Source: an uncultured Clostridia bacterium
Lineage (GTDB): Bacteria; CAYTYR01; UBA6262
Direction: 5' to 3'
NCBI GenBank assembly: GCA_964441745.1
Contig: CAYTYR010000001.1
Coordinates: forward strand, 130,754-194,753
Length of the DNA: 64,000 nt
The translations under genes were made by a program, and so were the position numbers. The notes under the pieces were generated by a model. That model was given only the letters and a program-made list of their open reading frames with translations, was not told the DNA's origin and did not search any database. How positions within the stretch are numbered: the stretch's first letter is position 1; every line of letters starts with the position of its first letter. Below, piece after piece: positions 1 through 9,400 of this stretch.

Positions 1-1600
1 AGGTGGCAATGCAGGGAAAATAAACCGCCAAGATTGTCGAACCGATTACCAGTTGTTTAGTAGTTAAATTAAGGGAGCCAAGCATACCAACGGCAACGTC
101 TTTTCTTAAAAATCCGAATATCAGCGCAGAAATAGCTTCTTTGGGAAGACCCCAAAGCCCGGTTAAAACCGGAGTAAAGAGATAAGCAAAAAAATCCATT
201 ATTTTTAGCATATAGAGAATATTCACAAAAAGCACTCCCAGTAGCACAAAAGGCAGCGCCTCACCTAAAAAACCAGATAAGCGCATCCAGAGTTTCTTAA
301 TCACTGCTTGAATTTGAGGTATCCGATAAGGGGGAATCTCAACCAATATTTCGGGACTTACCCCTTTTAAAACCTTATTTAAAATCAAGCCCTTAATTAC
401 TATAAGAGAAAAAAGAGTAAAAAATACAATCGCCACGTATTTACCTCCCCGTTGCCCAACCAATCCCACAATCATGGCAATTTGCGCCAGGCAAGGCGCC
501 ATTAAAACAACAGCAATAAATTTCTCCCGCCTTTCTTCCAGTATTCGGGTAGCTAAGACTCCAGGGACATTGCATCCTACACTTAAAATAAAAGGGATTA
601 TCGCGTATCCGTGAAGACCTAAATGATGCATGAAGTTATCCATTAAAACCGCTAAACGGGGAAGATAACCAAGATCTTCTAAAATCCCCAACACGAGATA
701 GAAGCTAAAAATATAAGGAAGAACCATAGCAATAGGCACAAATAATCCGGTGGTTAATAATCCGAATGATTGGCCAAAATCTATGCTGCCACTGATTATA
801 TTCCCGATTAAGATATGATGCAAAAATGATCCCTCTCCTAAAAATACACTCAACTTTATCATCAAAGGAAGCCATAAATTATCAAATAGAGGCTCAAATA
901 AATATCCTATTAAGCTTTCTCCGATAAAACGGATTATCCAAAAAGCGCTATATACAATACCTATGGCCATTGGCAGACCGGTAAGCGGCTTAATGCTCAG
1001 ATCTTCCAATATTTCCAATAATGTATGGCGCCGGTGAGTTAATTTTTGAACTTGTTCCACGATTTTTCCTATCTTTTCCCATCTTTGGCCATCAGAATAA
1101 AGAGGCGTGCTTGTGGTTTTTGCTTCTGGCAAGCGGTTAATTAGTTCTTTAATCCCCTCTCCGGTTAAGCCACAGGTAGAAACAACTGACACCCCCAGGT
1201 TTTCTTCCAATTTTTTAATGTCAATATTAATTCCGCGATGTTTGGTATCGTCCCACATATTCAAAACCACTATAACCGGGATACCTTTTTCCAAAAGTTG
1301 TATGGTCAAGCCAAGATTTCTTTCTAAATTTGTGGCATCGACAACATTAATAACCAAACCGCCTTCTTGCAGTATCCGGCAAGCCACTTCTTCAGCCTTA
1401 CAGGTAGGCTCCAAGGTATATGTTCCCGGCACATCTATAATCATCACTGTTTCATCGCCAAGCTTCATCTTGCCTTGCGTAAACTCTACCGTTGTTCCGG
1501 GATAATTAGAAATTATTACTTTCGCTCCTGTAAGCCGGGAGAATATGACACTTTTGCCAACGTTAGGATTACCGATTAATAAAATCTTTTCTATTTTCAT
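1..1600 (-). CDS. feoB: Ferrous iron transporter FeoB (start at 1600; C-terminus runs off the window)
   Basis: Reverse translation begins MKIEKILLIGNPNVGKSVIFSRLTG with a G-protein P-loop (GNPNVGKS) and DxxG motifs, followed by long hydrophobic permease segments. The ATG at 1598-1600 overlaps the feoA stop (ATGA junction). Confidence 0.85.
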   Translation of the reverse strand, partial: MKIEKILLIGNPNVGKSVIFSRLTGAKVIISNYPGTTVEFTQGKMKLGDETVMIIDVPGTYTLEPTCKAEEVACRILQEGGLVINVVDATNLERNLGLTIQLLEKGIPVIVVLNMWDDTKHRGINIDIKKLEENLGVSVVSTCGLTGEGIKELINRLPEAKTTSTPLYSDGQRWEKIGKIVEQVQKLTHRRHTLLEILEDLSIKPLTGLPMAIGIVYSAFWIIRFIGESLIGYLFEPLFDNLWLPLMIKLSVFLGEGSFLHHILIGNIISGSIDFGQSFGLLTTGLFVPIAMVLPYIFSFYLVLGILEDLGYLPRLAVLMDNFMHHLGLHGYAIIPFILSVGCNVPGVLATRILEERREKFIAVVLMAPCLAQIAMIVGLVGQRGGKYVAIVFFTLFSLIVIKGLILNKVLKGVSPEILVEIPPYRIPQIQAVIKKLWMRLSGFLGEALPFVLLGVLFVNILYMLKIMDFFAYLFTPVLTGLWGLPKEAISALIFGFLRKDVAVGMLGSLNLTTKQLVIGSTILAVYFPCIAT

Positions 1601-1830
1601 CTTTTTACTTCCACCATAATTCTTTTTGCCATGCCAAAACCAATGGCAATCTGTATATTATCAACTTCTACTGTCTGAGGACCGCGCCAGAAATGGGAAC
1701 TCACCTTAGTGATCCTCTTCCCTGGACGCATCCCGAGACTTTGTAATTTTCTTACGAAATCATGGCCACCCTGCATCTCTTCTACTATGCCGGTTTCGCC
1801 AGGCGGCAATTGGGTTAAATCTATAATCAT
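1597..1830 (-). CDS. feoA: FeoA (SH3-like ferrous iron transport accessory protein)
   Basis: 77-aa protein. The LxxLxxGETGxIxEM and MGMRPGKRITKV pattern is typical of FeoA. It sits directly upstream of, and translationally coupled to, feoB. Confidence 0.8.
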   Translation of the reverse strand: MIIDLTQLPPGETGIVEEMQGGHDFVRKLQSLGMRPGKRITKVSSHFWRGPQTVEVDNIQIAIGFGMAKRIMVEVKR

Positions 1831-2477
1831 TCCGCTAGTCCCTTTTTTGCCGAGATCGCTACAAATCCGCCTTTGCCAAAACCTTTACTGGGTTTCTCAA
1901 TTGAATTCATCTTATCAGGTAGAATAGATATTGTCTGATAATAAGAAAATGAAGTAAATCCAGTTTCCTTAAGCAACCCCGTTACTTCTTTTACGCTAAA
2001 GAATTTTGCCTGTTTGTAAAATATACTTTTTTTTCTTTGATAATATTTACCAAGAAAGCTATTTTTATCTACTATGCCGATTATTATTCTGCCGTTTTTT
2101 TTTAAAACCCTGGCTGCTTCCGCAATTACTTTTTTTTGATCATCAACAAAACATAAAGTAATAATAATCAGTACACAGTCAAAAGCATCATGCAAAAAGG
2201 GAATATTTTCGCCAAAACCCTGATATACATTCAAGCCTCTCTTTTCAGCTAATCTAAGCATCTTAAGCGAAGGGTCTATCCCTATAGTTATTTTTAAAGC
2301 TGCGGCAAACCGGCCTGTCCCCACACCAATTTCCAGGCTTCGCCTGTTTTTTGGAAAAACATTTTTAATCGCCTGCAACTCGGACATGAAAGCAAATTGA
2401 TGCGTATCATACCATGAATCATATTTTTTGTAATATTTATTAAAAACGCTGCTCACTAATCTACTCCTCCGAACCAA
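1827..2477 (-). CDS. Class I SAM-dependent methyltransferase
   Basis: LEIGVGTGR glycine-rich SAM motif and an acidic motif II; 216 aa. Confidence 0.6.
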   Translation of the reverse strand: MVRRSRLVSSVFNKYYKKYDSWYDTHQFAFMSELQAIKNVFPKNRRSLEIGVGTGRFAAALKITIGIDPSLKMLRLAEKRGLNVYQGFGENIPFLHDAFDCVLIIITLCFVDDQKKVIAEAARVLKKNGRIIIGIVDKNSFLGKYYQRKKSIFYKQAKFFSVKEVTGLLKETGFTSFSYYQTISILPDKMNSIEKPSKGFGKGGFVAISAKKGLAE

Positions 2478-2767
2478 TCATCGTAAAATCTTTCATAGTG
2501 CTCTTGTTCTGCTTTTGTACTGCTGCTTATTAGCTCTTTTTCTTTAAAAGAAAAACGGTAATTGGCGCAATAATTATCGATTATTTCCTTAGCCTGGTTT
2601 ATCTTCTTAAACATCTTTTCACAGTGTTTTTTATGTTTGTCTTTACATTTATCAGGATGATATTTAAGGGCTAAGTTTCTAAAAGCCTCTCTAATTTCCA
2701 GTAAACTTGCCTCTTCGGCTAACTCTAATATCTTTCTTGCCTCATCAACCTGTTTAAAATCTATCAT
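2456..2767 (-). CDS. J-domain (DnaJ-like) protein
   Basis: A KYHPDK tripeptide loop flanked by helices in a 103-aa ORF. Confidence 0.55.
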   Translation of the reverse strand: MIDFKQVDEARKILELAEEASLLEIREAFRNLALKYHPDKCKDKHKKHCEKMFKKINQAKEIIDNYCANYRFSFKEKELISSSTKAEQEHYERFYDDWFGGVD

Positions 2768-2768
2768 C

Positions 2769-3221
2769 TCATGCTCCTGTTTTTATTATCGGATAGACGC
2801 TTGTTTTACATTTGATAAAATTCGATATAAAGGAATTCTTCTCTGCTAGCTTGATAAGCTCTTGCGCTTTCTTGATCTGACTGCTTGAAGAAACCAGTAT
2901 TAATGGGCAGATCTTAATTTCAATGAATCTTAGCCCCTCCCCGATATCTGCCAAAACTCCTTCAGCCTCACTTTCATAATTTAAAAATTCAAAGCTGTTT
3001 CTTTTAGCATAGTCTATAAAAGCATCTTTGAAGGAACCTTCTACTGAAGCTACAAAAAGCTCTTCAGGAGTCCACATATTTTTATTCTTTTTTGATCCTG
3101 GGAATGCGGTTATTTCAATTGTTTGCTTACCAAAAGAACTTAGGAATAAATTATTCTTAGCATCCCAGGTTATAAATGTATTATAAGTGACTTTTTTATT
3201 ATCCTTTTTTAGACCATCCAT
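2769..3221 (-). CDS. OsmC/Ohr-family protein (putative peroxiredoxin-like)
   Basis: 150 aa. The spacing of conserved Cys/Glu residues and the length fit the OsmC-like fold. Assigned by similarity pattern only. Confidence 0.45.
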   Translation of the reverse strand: MDGLKKDNKKVTYNTFITWDAKNNLFLSSFGKQTIEITAFPGSKKNKNMWTPEELFVASVEGSFKDAFIDYAKRNSFEFLNYESEAEGVLADIGEGLRFIEIKICPLILVSSSSQIKKAQELIKLAEKNSFISNFIKCKTSVYPIIKTGA

Positions 3222-3312
3222 TTATTGCCTCCTTTAAACCTTGCTGACATCATCACTCTATTGTAGAATCAAAGATTATTCCTGGTTAACTACTACAGGC
3301 TAATTAAAATAA

Positions 3313-3948
3313 TTAAGCCTGCTGCTGCCTATTTTTTACAAACAATAAGGGGAAAACTATGTCACTGACACAACAGGGCAGCCAGACCGCCAAGAATAAG
3401 AAGATAAAGATAATAACATAAGAAAACCAGCCAAATCCCACTACCTGGGCCATAATAATATGAAATAAAGACGCCCAGGTGCTGAATAGTACATGCAGAC
3501 TGTGGGGAAATTTCGTAGCCGGTTTATAATAAGCTACCAGTATCCCGGCTAGAGCTAAAGGATTGACCAGCCACCATTTTTCAATAAAGCCCAGATGGAC
3601 ACCCCGGTTTGGCATACCTAATAAATATTCAGCTAGGTACGGGATCAGGGAATCACTGATCGTAGCTATCCCTACTGACCCCACATAACCTATTATAGTT
3701 AAAAGCCAGAAATTACATTTACCCCGGAGACAATTAAGCCCTACCCGGGAACAGGTATGGAGTTTATACATTGAAGCCGTGACTAACGCGCTTAAAAACA
3801 CATGCAAAGGATGTAGTATGTAAAAAATATTATAGGCCCTATCAGTTGTAATCTTTAAGGAAAAAGCCATAATGCCCATGCCAGTAATAGTACCGAATAT
3901 CGTGAAAGGAATATGTTTCTTCAATTCTTTAAAAATAAGCCCGGGCAA
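3313..3948 (-). CDS. Integral membrane protein, unknown function
   Basis: 211 aa with 5-6 predicted hydrophobic helices and no recognisable motif. Confidence 0.4.
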   Translation of the reverse strand: MPGLIFKELKKHIPFTIFGTITGMGIMAFSLKITTDRAYNIFYILHPLHVFLSALVTASMYKLHTCSRVGLNCLRGKCNFWLLTIIGYVGSVGIATISDSLIPYLAEYLLGMPNRGVHLGFIEKWWLVNPLALAGILVAYYKPATKFPHSLHVLFSTWASLFHIIMAQVVGFGWFSYVIIFIFLFLAVWLPCCVSDIVFPLLFVKNRQQQA

Positions 3949-3949
3949 G

Positions 3950-4663
3950 CTACACCTCTATGGTTTGACCGGTTTTGATCCTGACAAATTTACGGCCATA
4001 TTGTTTTTTGAAGATACTTTCTGCTGTTTCTCCTGAACAATGCGTAGGGCCGGCTTTTATTATGCCCATCTTTTTAAATTTTGCCGCTGCAATTTCAATT
4101 GCCCGCTCATCTGATTCCATTAAATGGAATCCGCCCAGCACAAGATAAATCGGTTCCGCCGGATATTTCGCCCGCACTTTCTCTACCATTTTTAAGATCC
4201 CGGGATGGGCACACCCGGTAATGATAGTTAAGCCATTTTTAGTTTTACATACCAGCGCTTGTTCCGGCATGTAACGGCCCTTATAGGCGCCAGCTACTTC
4301 CCCGGTAATATCAATGTCTTTAGCCACTGCTGTAAATCTATCAGCCTCGATCAATAGACCATTAAATTTATTAACCTGCGCTTTGAATTCCTTGCTGAAG
4401 TTTGGACAGCCATATACCTTTATTCCCTTCTTTTGCTTTAAGATATCCCCTAACCCTCCCGTATGATCCCAATGATCATGGGAAACAACTACTGCTTCTA
4501 TAGCTGCAATATCAATTTTTAGCTTCCGCATATTGGCCAATAGCCAGCTTCCTTTTTCTCCGGTATCAAATAATATTTTCCCATTGACTAAAATCGAAAG
4601 GCCCCATCCTATATGGAGCTTTTTATCGACCTTGTCTTTATCAAACAGGTTTAATATCTTCAT
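3950..4663 (-). CDS. MBL-fold metallo-hydrolase
   Basis: VVVSHDHWDHTGG matches the HxHxDH zinc-binding signature of the metallo-beta-lactamase superfamily. Confidence 0.75.
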   Translation of the reverse strand: MKILNLFDKDKVDKKLHIGWGLSILVNGKILFDTGEKGSWLLANMRKLKIDIAAIEAVVVSHDHWDHTGGLGDILKQKKGIKVYGCPNFSKEFKAQVNKFNGLLIEADRFTAVAKDIDITGEVAGAYKGRYMPEQALVCKTKNGLTIITGCAHPGILKMVEKVRAKYPAEPIYLVLGGFHLMESDERAIEIAAAKFKKMGIIKAGPTHCSGETAESIFKKQYGRKFVRIKTGQTIEV

Positions 4664-5559
4664 TTACCAGACCCCTTCATGTAACGCTGATTATGGAATA
4701 AAATCGTATCCCCAATATTACAGCCAGTTTCTTTTGCTACTACCGGGCATTTCACCATAAATAAAAAGAAAACAGGCCTTTTTACCTGGGATAAAGATTC
4801 AAAATTACCTTGCCCCTTGCTGATGATCATATCTACGCTGTGATAGATCCTCTTAAATTCTTTAGCGCATAATGAAAGCACGGTCCCAGGCGCGGCCGTA
4901 CCATTAGAAATCACGTTCACGATCTTGTCAATCCCACAAAACTTAGCATCTGCAAGTAGCGCATCGTTGATAATAGGCTTTTCTTTTACTGCATAATAAA
5001 TACTCTTTTGCGGATACATCCGCTTTATTTCTTCTATTAATACCCGGTCAAATACTATTTCTCCCGCATTATCACCCAAATAAAGTATACTTTTTGCTTT
5101 TTTTAAGTCTCGCTTGAATTGGGCATAGTGGAATATGGATTTATTGTTAATATTATTATTCTCTGCGGCCATGATTTTTATTAATTCCTCATGGACATTT
5201 AGATTGTTTTTAATACCAAAATCAATAATATTCCCGGCAATAGCTAATTCCACAGCCGTTAATAGCCGGTCATTGGCATGAATCACTCTTTGCGTGATTT
5301 CGCTGGAAAGACTTAAAGCCAAGCAATTGCTTTTATATTTTATATCTTTATAGGGATCACTGGTAGCGCTGGCTTTTGTTAATAAATGATAGCCGCGACT
5401 AATGATTTCTGTCGGGCTTGATCTTAGCGTAGATTTTTGGATGATCCTGGCAAATTCATCTATGATCTGCTTTTGCTTTTTAGGTTTTAACCCTATTATC
5501 CGCGCGCCTTCGATCATTTGCCTGAAGAAACAGGGTATGCAATCCAGATAAGTATTCAT
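4660..5559 (-). CDS. DUF89/ARMT1-like protein (damage-control phosphatase family)
   Basis: N-terminal MNTYLDCIPCF motif and an approximately 300-aa length characteristic of DUF89. The 4-bp overlap with the downstream MBL gene suggests co-translation. Confidence 0.55.
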   Translation of the reverse strand: MNTYLDCIPCFFRQMIEGARIIGLKPKKQKQIIDEFARIIQKSTLRSSPTEIISRGYHLLTKASATSDPYKDIKYKSNCLALSLSSEITQRVIHANDRLLTAVELAIAGNIIDFGIKNNLNVHEELIKIMAAENNNINNKSIFHYAQFKRDLKKAKSILYLGDNAGEIVFDRVLIEEIKRMYPQKSIYYAVKEKPIINDALLADAKFCGIDKIVNVISNGTAAPGTVLSLCAKEFKRIYHSVDMIISKGQGNFESLSQVKRPVFFLFMVKCPVVAKETGCNIGDTILFHNQRYMKGSGK

Positions 5560-5906
5560 TTATTCACTCTATTACTACTATCCACGATAACAATCTGCGG
5601 CTTGATTGACCTTGCTTCATTATCCTGCGCCAGAGCATAGGAAAGAATACAAACTTTATCACCTACTTCTGCCTGCCGCGCCGCTGGGCCATACAGGGCA
5701 ATTGTTCCGCTATTTCCCTTTTCCGCAATGACATATGTCTCTAGGCGACTGCCATTATTACCATTGACTACTTGGACTTTTTCATTTTCTAAAATACCGC
5801 TTTTTGACAGAAGCGCTTTATCAATACCGATGCTTCCGGCATAATTTAACTCTTTCCTGGTAACTGTCGCATTATGGATTTTAGCCCTCAAAAGCTCTAT
5901 CATCAT
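5556..5906 (-). CDS. panD: Aspartate 1-decarboxylase (pyruvoyl-dependent)
   Basis: 116 aa. AKIHNATVT, the Gly-Ser self-cleavage site (YAGSIGID) and TYVI...GAAA-like segments align with PanD. Confidence 0.85.
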   Translation of the reverse strand: MMIELLRAKIHNATVTRKELNYAGSIGIDKALLSKSGILENEKVQVVNGNNGSRLETYVIAEKGNSGTIALYGPAARQAEVGDKVCILSYALAQDNEARSIKPQIVIVDSSNRVNK

Positions 5907-6701
5907 TTATTTGATAACCTTACCCCTTCTTTTTAATGTCTCCGCGTCGCTTATTGAATAAATATCCTGAATCTCTTTCTTATCATATACTGAAACTATA
6001 TTAACTTTTTTACAGGCAGCAGCAATCATATTTCTTATTTTCCTGATGCTTTCCTTAGATAACGGATTGACCGCGCAAACCCTTAATGGCGTATTTATCT
6101 GGACTTCATCAGGCTTGATCTGCTTGATCAGGCTGATCATCTTATCAACATCTTTCAGGTTTTTATTGACAAACATTATTTGCAACGCCAGCCACCCTTG
6201 ATACTGCTTGCTAAATTTCTTTATGCCGGATAACAATTTTACAAACCGTACAGCTTTTGCCGGATCATTGATCGCTTGCAAGGAATCAGGCGAGCCGGCA
6301 TCCAGCTTGACTGACACATAATCCGCTAGCAGTAATTCTTTCCTGACCTGACCAAGATGTAATAAGCTGGAGTTAGTTAAAACTGCCACCGGTGTTTTAG
6401 AAAGCGCTTTTACCGCTTTTATCGCCTGCCCCAGATTTTTGGCCAGAGTCGGCTCTCCACTCCCGGCAAAGGTAATATAATCAATAGGCGCCTCTGGCAA
6501 TGTTTTAATCTCCCGGAGAATCTCACTGACTGGGACATAGGTCTGCCTGGTAACCGTATAGCATAGCGTTGGCCCAAGCTGGCAATAAATACAGTTAAAA
6601 TCACAGATCTTTTCTTCCTGCGAAAGCAGATCTATTCCTAACGAACTACCCAGCCGCCAAGAAGCCACCGGGCCATAGATGTATTTATACTTTTTAGTCA
6701 T
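5907..6701 (-). CDS. Radical SAM protein (small, 264 aa)
   Basis: CDFNCIYCQ CX3CX2C motif near the N-terminus. Confidence 0.6.
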   Translation of the reverse strand: MTKKYKYIYGPVASWRLGSSLGIDLLSQEEKICDFNCIYCQLGPTLCYTVTRQTYVPVSEILREIKTLPEAPIDYITFAGSGEPTLAKNLGQAIKAVKALSKTPVAVLTNSSLLHLGQVRKELLLADYVSVKLDAGSPDSLQAINDPAKAVRFVKLLSGIKKFSKQYQGWLALQIMFVNKNLKDVDKMISLIKQIKPDEVQINTPLRVCAVNPLSKESIRKIRNMIAAACKKVNIVSVYDKKEIQDIYSISDAETLKRRGKVIK

Positions 6702-6707
6702 AAGAAT

Positions 6708-8213
6708 TTAAAAATAAAGATCCCTTTCTCCAGTATTAATACGCTCATAGTAATTCACCAGAGCATTATACGACTGAGGATATTGTCTTGCTACCTCATT
6801 CATTTCCTGTTTAATCACTTTTTCACCAGCTTCACGCGTTTCCGCGCCGGCAAAGTCGTTTAACCATTCACGGAAAGTTAGAATTGCATTTAATTTACAA
6901 AAATGTCCTTCTTGCCCGCTTTTCAATAGATCCATTATTTTCTTGCCAGTGCGCCCGCAGCGGTAGCCGGCGGTACAGAACGATGTTATTAAACCCTGTT
7001 CAGCAAATTCTCTTATTAATTCATCCAAACTCCGCGTGTCTCCCAACAGAAATTGCTGCCTTTTCGACTTTTGACTTTCCTGATCATCGGCATAGGCTCC
7101 TATGCCAATACGGGATGAAGCGTCGGTTTGAGTACAACCAAGCGGGATCACAGTCCGGCGCATGGCCGCATTTTCCCGGGCTGTCACGATCATCCCGGTA
7201 TATGGTATGGCCAGCCGTAATACAGTGATCAGCTTTATTAATTCTGCGTTTTGTACCCGATAGCCAGTACCTTCAACATAGGGAGCATTTAACGCCGGTT
7301 CAAGACGAGGGAAAGAAACTGTATGCGGCCCTATGCCAAAAAAGGTTTCGAGCTCTCGCGCATGAGCCACCAACCCTAACACTTCAAAGCGCCAATCATA
7401 TAAACCAAACAGAACACCAATCCCCACATCATCTATACCTGCCTCAAAAGCCCTATGCATCGCATATAACCGCCAGCGATAATCAGCTTTGATCGTCTTA
7501 GGCGGATGCACTTTGGCATAGGTCTCATGATGATATGTTTCCTGGAAAACCTGGTACGTGCCTATACCGGCAGAATGTAGAAGCTTTAGATCATTAATCC
7601 GCTGGGGTGCAGCATTAACGTTCACTCTTCTAATATTGGCCCATCCGTGCGCTGTTTTAATTTTCACTGCATATATAGTATTTAACGAATCAACAATATA
7701 CCGCGCATCAGAGAGCGGATGCTCACCGTATACAGCGATCAGCCTTTTATGCCCGATCTTACCGGTTAATACCTCTATTTCGCGCCGTATTTCATCCATG
7801 GTCAGAAGCCGGCGTAAAGCGCCGCTATTCCCCTGGCGAAAACCGCAATAAAGACAATCATTAACACATAGATTACCGGTATAAAAAGGAGCAAAAGTGA
7901 CAATACGGTTATCATAAACTTTTTTCTTTACTTTAGCTCCAGCCGCTTGCATTTCTTGCCACATTTGCGGATCATCAACATTGAGCAATACCGCAGTCTC
8001 ATCAAGAGTAAGGGTTTGTATCGCTAACGACTTTGACAGGATATCCCTGACTTTCTGCCGATCAGGGGGACGATTATTTTGCAGACTTTTTTGGATAAAC
8101 TCATCATCGATAAAATCCCGCCCGTTTTTTAAATAACGATCTCTTTCTTCCGGTACGATCTGGCGCTTACGCCAAAGCGCGATATCAGTATCCTTAAGAG
8201 AGGACAATCCCAT
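6708..8213 (-). CDS. ThiH/HydG-family radical SAM enzyme (tyrosine-lyase-like, 501 aa)
   Basis: CVNDCLYCGF CX3CX2C motif embedded in a ThiH/HydG/BioB-like context. The length and an extra C-terminal Cys cluster (FCTAGYRC...HFC) resemble HydG more than ThiH. Confidence 0.55.
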   Translation of the reverse strand: MGLSSLKDTDIALWRKRQIVPEERDRYLKNGRDFIDDEFIQKSLQNNRPPDRQKVRDILSKSLAIQTLTLDETAVLLNVDDPQMWQEMQAAGAKVKKKVYDNRIVTFAPFYTGNLCVNDCLYCGFRQGNSGALRRLLTMDEIRREIEVLTGKIGHKRLIAVYGEHPLSDARYIVDSLNTIYAVKIKTAHGWANIRRVNVNAAPQRINDLKLLHSAGIGTYQVFQETYHHETYAKVHPPKTIKADYRWRLYAMHRAFEAGIDDVGIGVLFGLYDWRFEVLGLVAHARELETFFGIGPHTVSFPRLEPALNAPYVEGTGYRVQNAELIKLITVLRLAIPYTGMIVTARENAAMRRTVIPLGCTQTDASSRIGIGAYADDQESQKSKRQQFLLGDTRSLDELIREFAEQGLITSFCTAGYRCGRTGKKIMDLLKSGQEGHFCKLNAILTFREWLNDFAGAETREAGEKVIKQEMNEVARQYPQSYNALVNYYERINTGERDLYF

Positions 8214-8214
8214 C

Positions 8215-9030
8215 TTAAAAAACCTCTATTTTTTTGACTATATCCAGGAATATCTGGGCAGATTTAGATTTTTCCTGGAAAGACACAAATGGCGTTCCCT
8301 GGTCACCGCAATCAACAAACTCCGGCTGGAAAGGCACTCTTCCCAAAAACGGTATTTTCAATTCCTGGGCAGCTTTTTCACCGCCGCCTTTTTTAAAAAT
8401 GTCGGTCTCTTTATGGCAATGAGGACAGATGAAGCCGCTCATATTTTCAATGATACCAACTACCGGCACTTTTATTTCCTGGGCAAATAACACGCTCTTG
8501 CGCGCATCTAAGATAGCTACATCCTGCGGCGTGGTGACGATAATAATGCCGCTAAGATTAGGAATAAGCTGGCAAACACTTAATGGTTCATCTCCGGTAC
8601 CTGGAGGTGAATCAATAATCAGGTAATCAAGCTCGCCCCAATTCACCTCTCCTAAAAACTGCCTGATAGCTGCGGTTTTACGCGGCCCCCGCCAGATGAT
8701 CGGTTGGTCGGGGTCATAGCCGACCAGCGCCAAACTGACGGCCTTAAGATTCTCACTGACTTTAACTGCCTGGATACCAAACTCAGAAGAGCAGATAGAT
8801 TCCTTTTCTATCCCCAGCATTTTGGCAATGTTAGGGCCATGGATATCAACATCCAGGATACCAACCTTCTGGCCAGAAAGGGAAAGCGCATAGGCCAGGT
8901 TCACGGCCACTGTTGACTTTCCCACACCGCCTTTCCCGCTCATTACCACCAGGCTATGCTTTATTTTTGCCATTTTATCTTTAAGCATCTGCTCTTGCTC
9001 CCTTAAGTCCTGTTCATTCATTTGCTGCAT
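8215..9030 (-). CDS. Mrp/ApbC/NBP35-family Fe-S cluster carrier ATPase
   Basis: MSGKGGVGKSTVAVNLA deviant Walker A and a C-terminal CPHC motif. Confidence 0.8.
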   Translation of the reverse strand: MQQMNEQDLREQEQMLKDKMAKIKHSLVVMSGKGGVGKSTVAVNLAYALSLSGQKVGILDVDIHGPNIAKMLGIEKESICSSEFGIQAVKVSENLKAVSLALVGYDPDQPIIWRGPRKTAAIRQFLGEVNWGELDYLIIDSPPGTGDEPLSVCQLIPNLSGIIIVTTPQDVAILDARKSVLFAQEIKVPVVGIIENMSGFICPHCHKETDIFKKGGGEKAAQELKIPFLGRVPFQPEFVDCGDQGTPFVSFQEKSKSAQIFLDIVKKIEVF

Positions 9031-9046
9031 TTGGCTATACCTCTTT

Positions 9047-9400
9047 TCATATTTTAAGTAAATAATCTGCTATCGCCCGGTATAATGTGCTAACTGCCAG
9101 GATAGAACAATGCAAGTGGTCTTCAGGCAGATACTTGATCTGCCCAATGATCTCCCCTGGTGAAATGCACAGCGCTTTTTCAATGGTCTGCCCATGGGCT
9201 AGAGCCGCGGTGATAGCCCCGCACGATTTCGTGGCCGCACATCCTTCGGTATAGAACTTCACCTCTGTTATCAATTTATTTTCAATGATCAAATAAAATT
9301 CCATTGAATCTCCGCACGGCCCTTCTAAAAAGGCCGAGCCAGTCGGATCGTTCATTCTGCCAAAATAATAATCATCATCATGTAGCCTATTTTTATCCAT
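9047..9400 (-). CDS. NifU/IscU-like Fe-S scaffold domain protein
   Basis: GPCGDSME ... FYTEGCAATKS ... HCSILA conserved Cys/His ligands of the IscU/NifU N-domain. Start placed at the internal Met (9400), because the longer ORF would overlap the upstream gene. Confidence 0.7.
   Translation of the reverse strand: MDKNRLHDDDYYFGRMNDPTGSAFLEGPCGDSMEFYLIIENKLITEVKFYTEGCAATKSCGAITAALAHGQTIEKALCISPGEIIGQIKYLPEDHLHCSILAVSTLYRAIADYLLKI

Noticed and set aside
6419-7228. Internal or antisense ORFs (6419-6604 -, 6884-7228 +, 7558-7851 +) within the radical-SAM genes
   Set aside because: They are entirely nested in well-supported longer genes on the other strand or frame. No RBS and no motifs.
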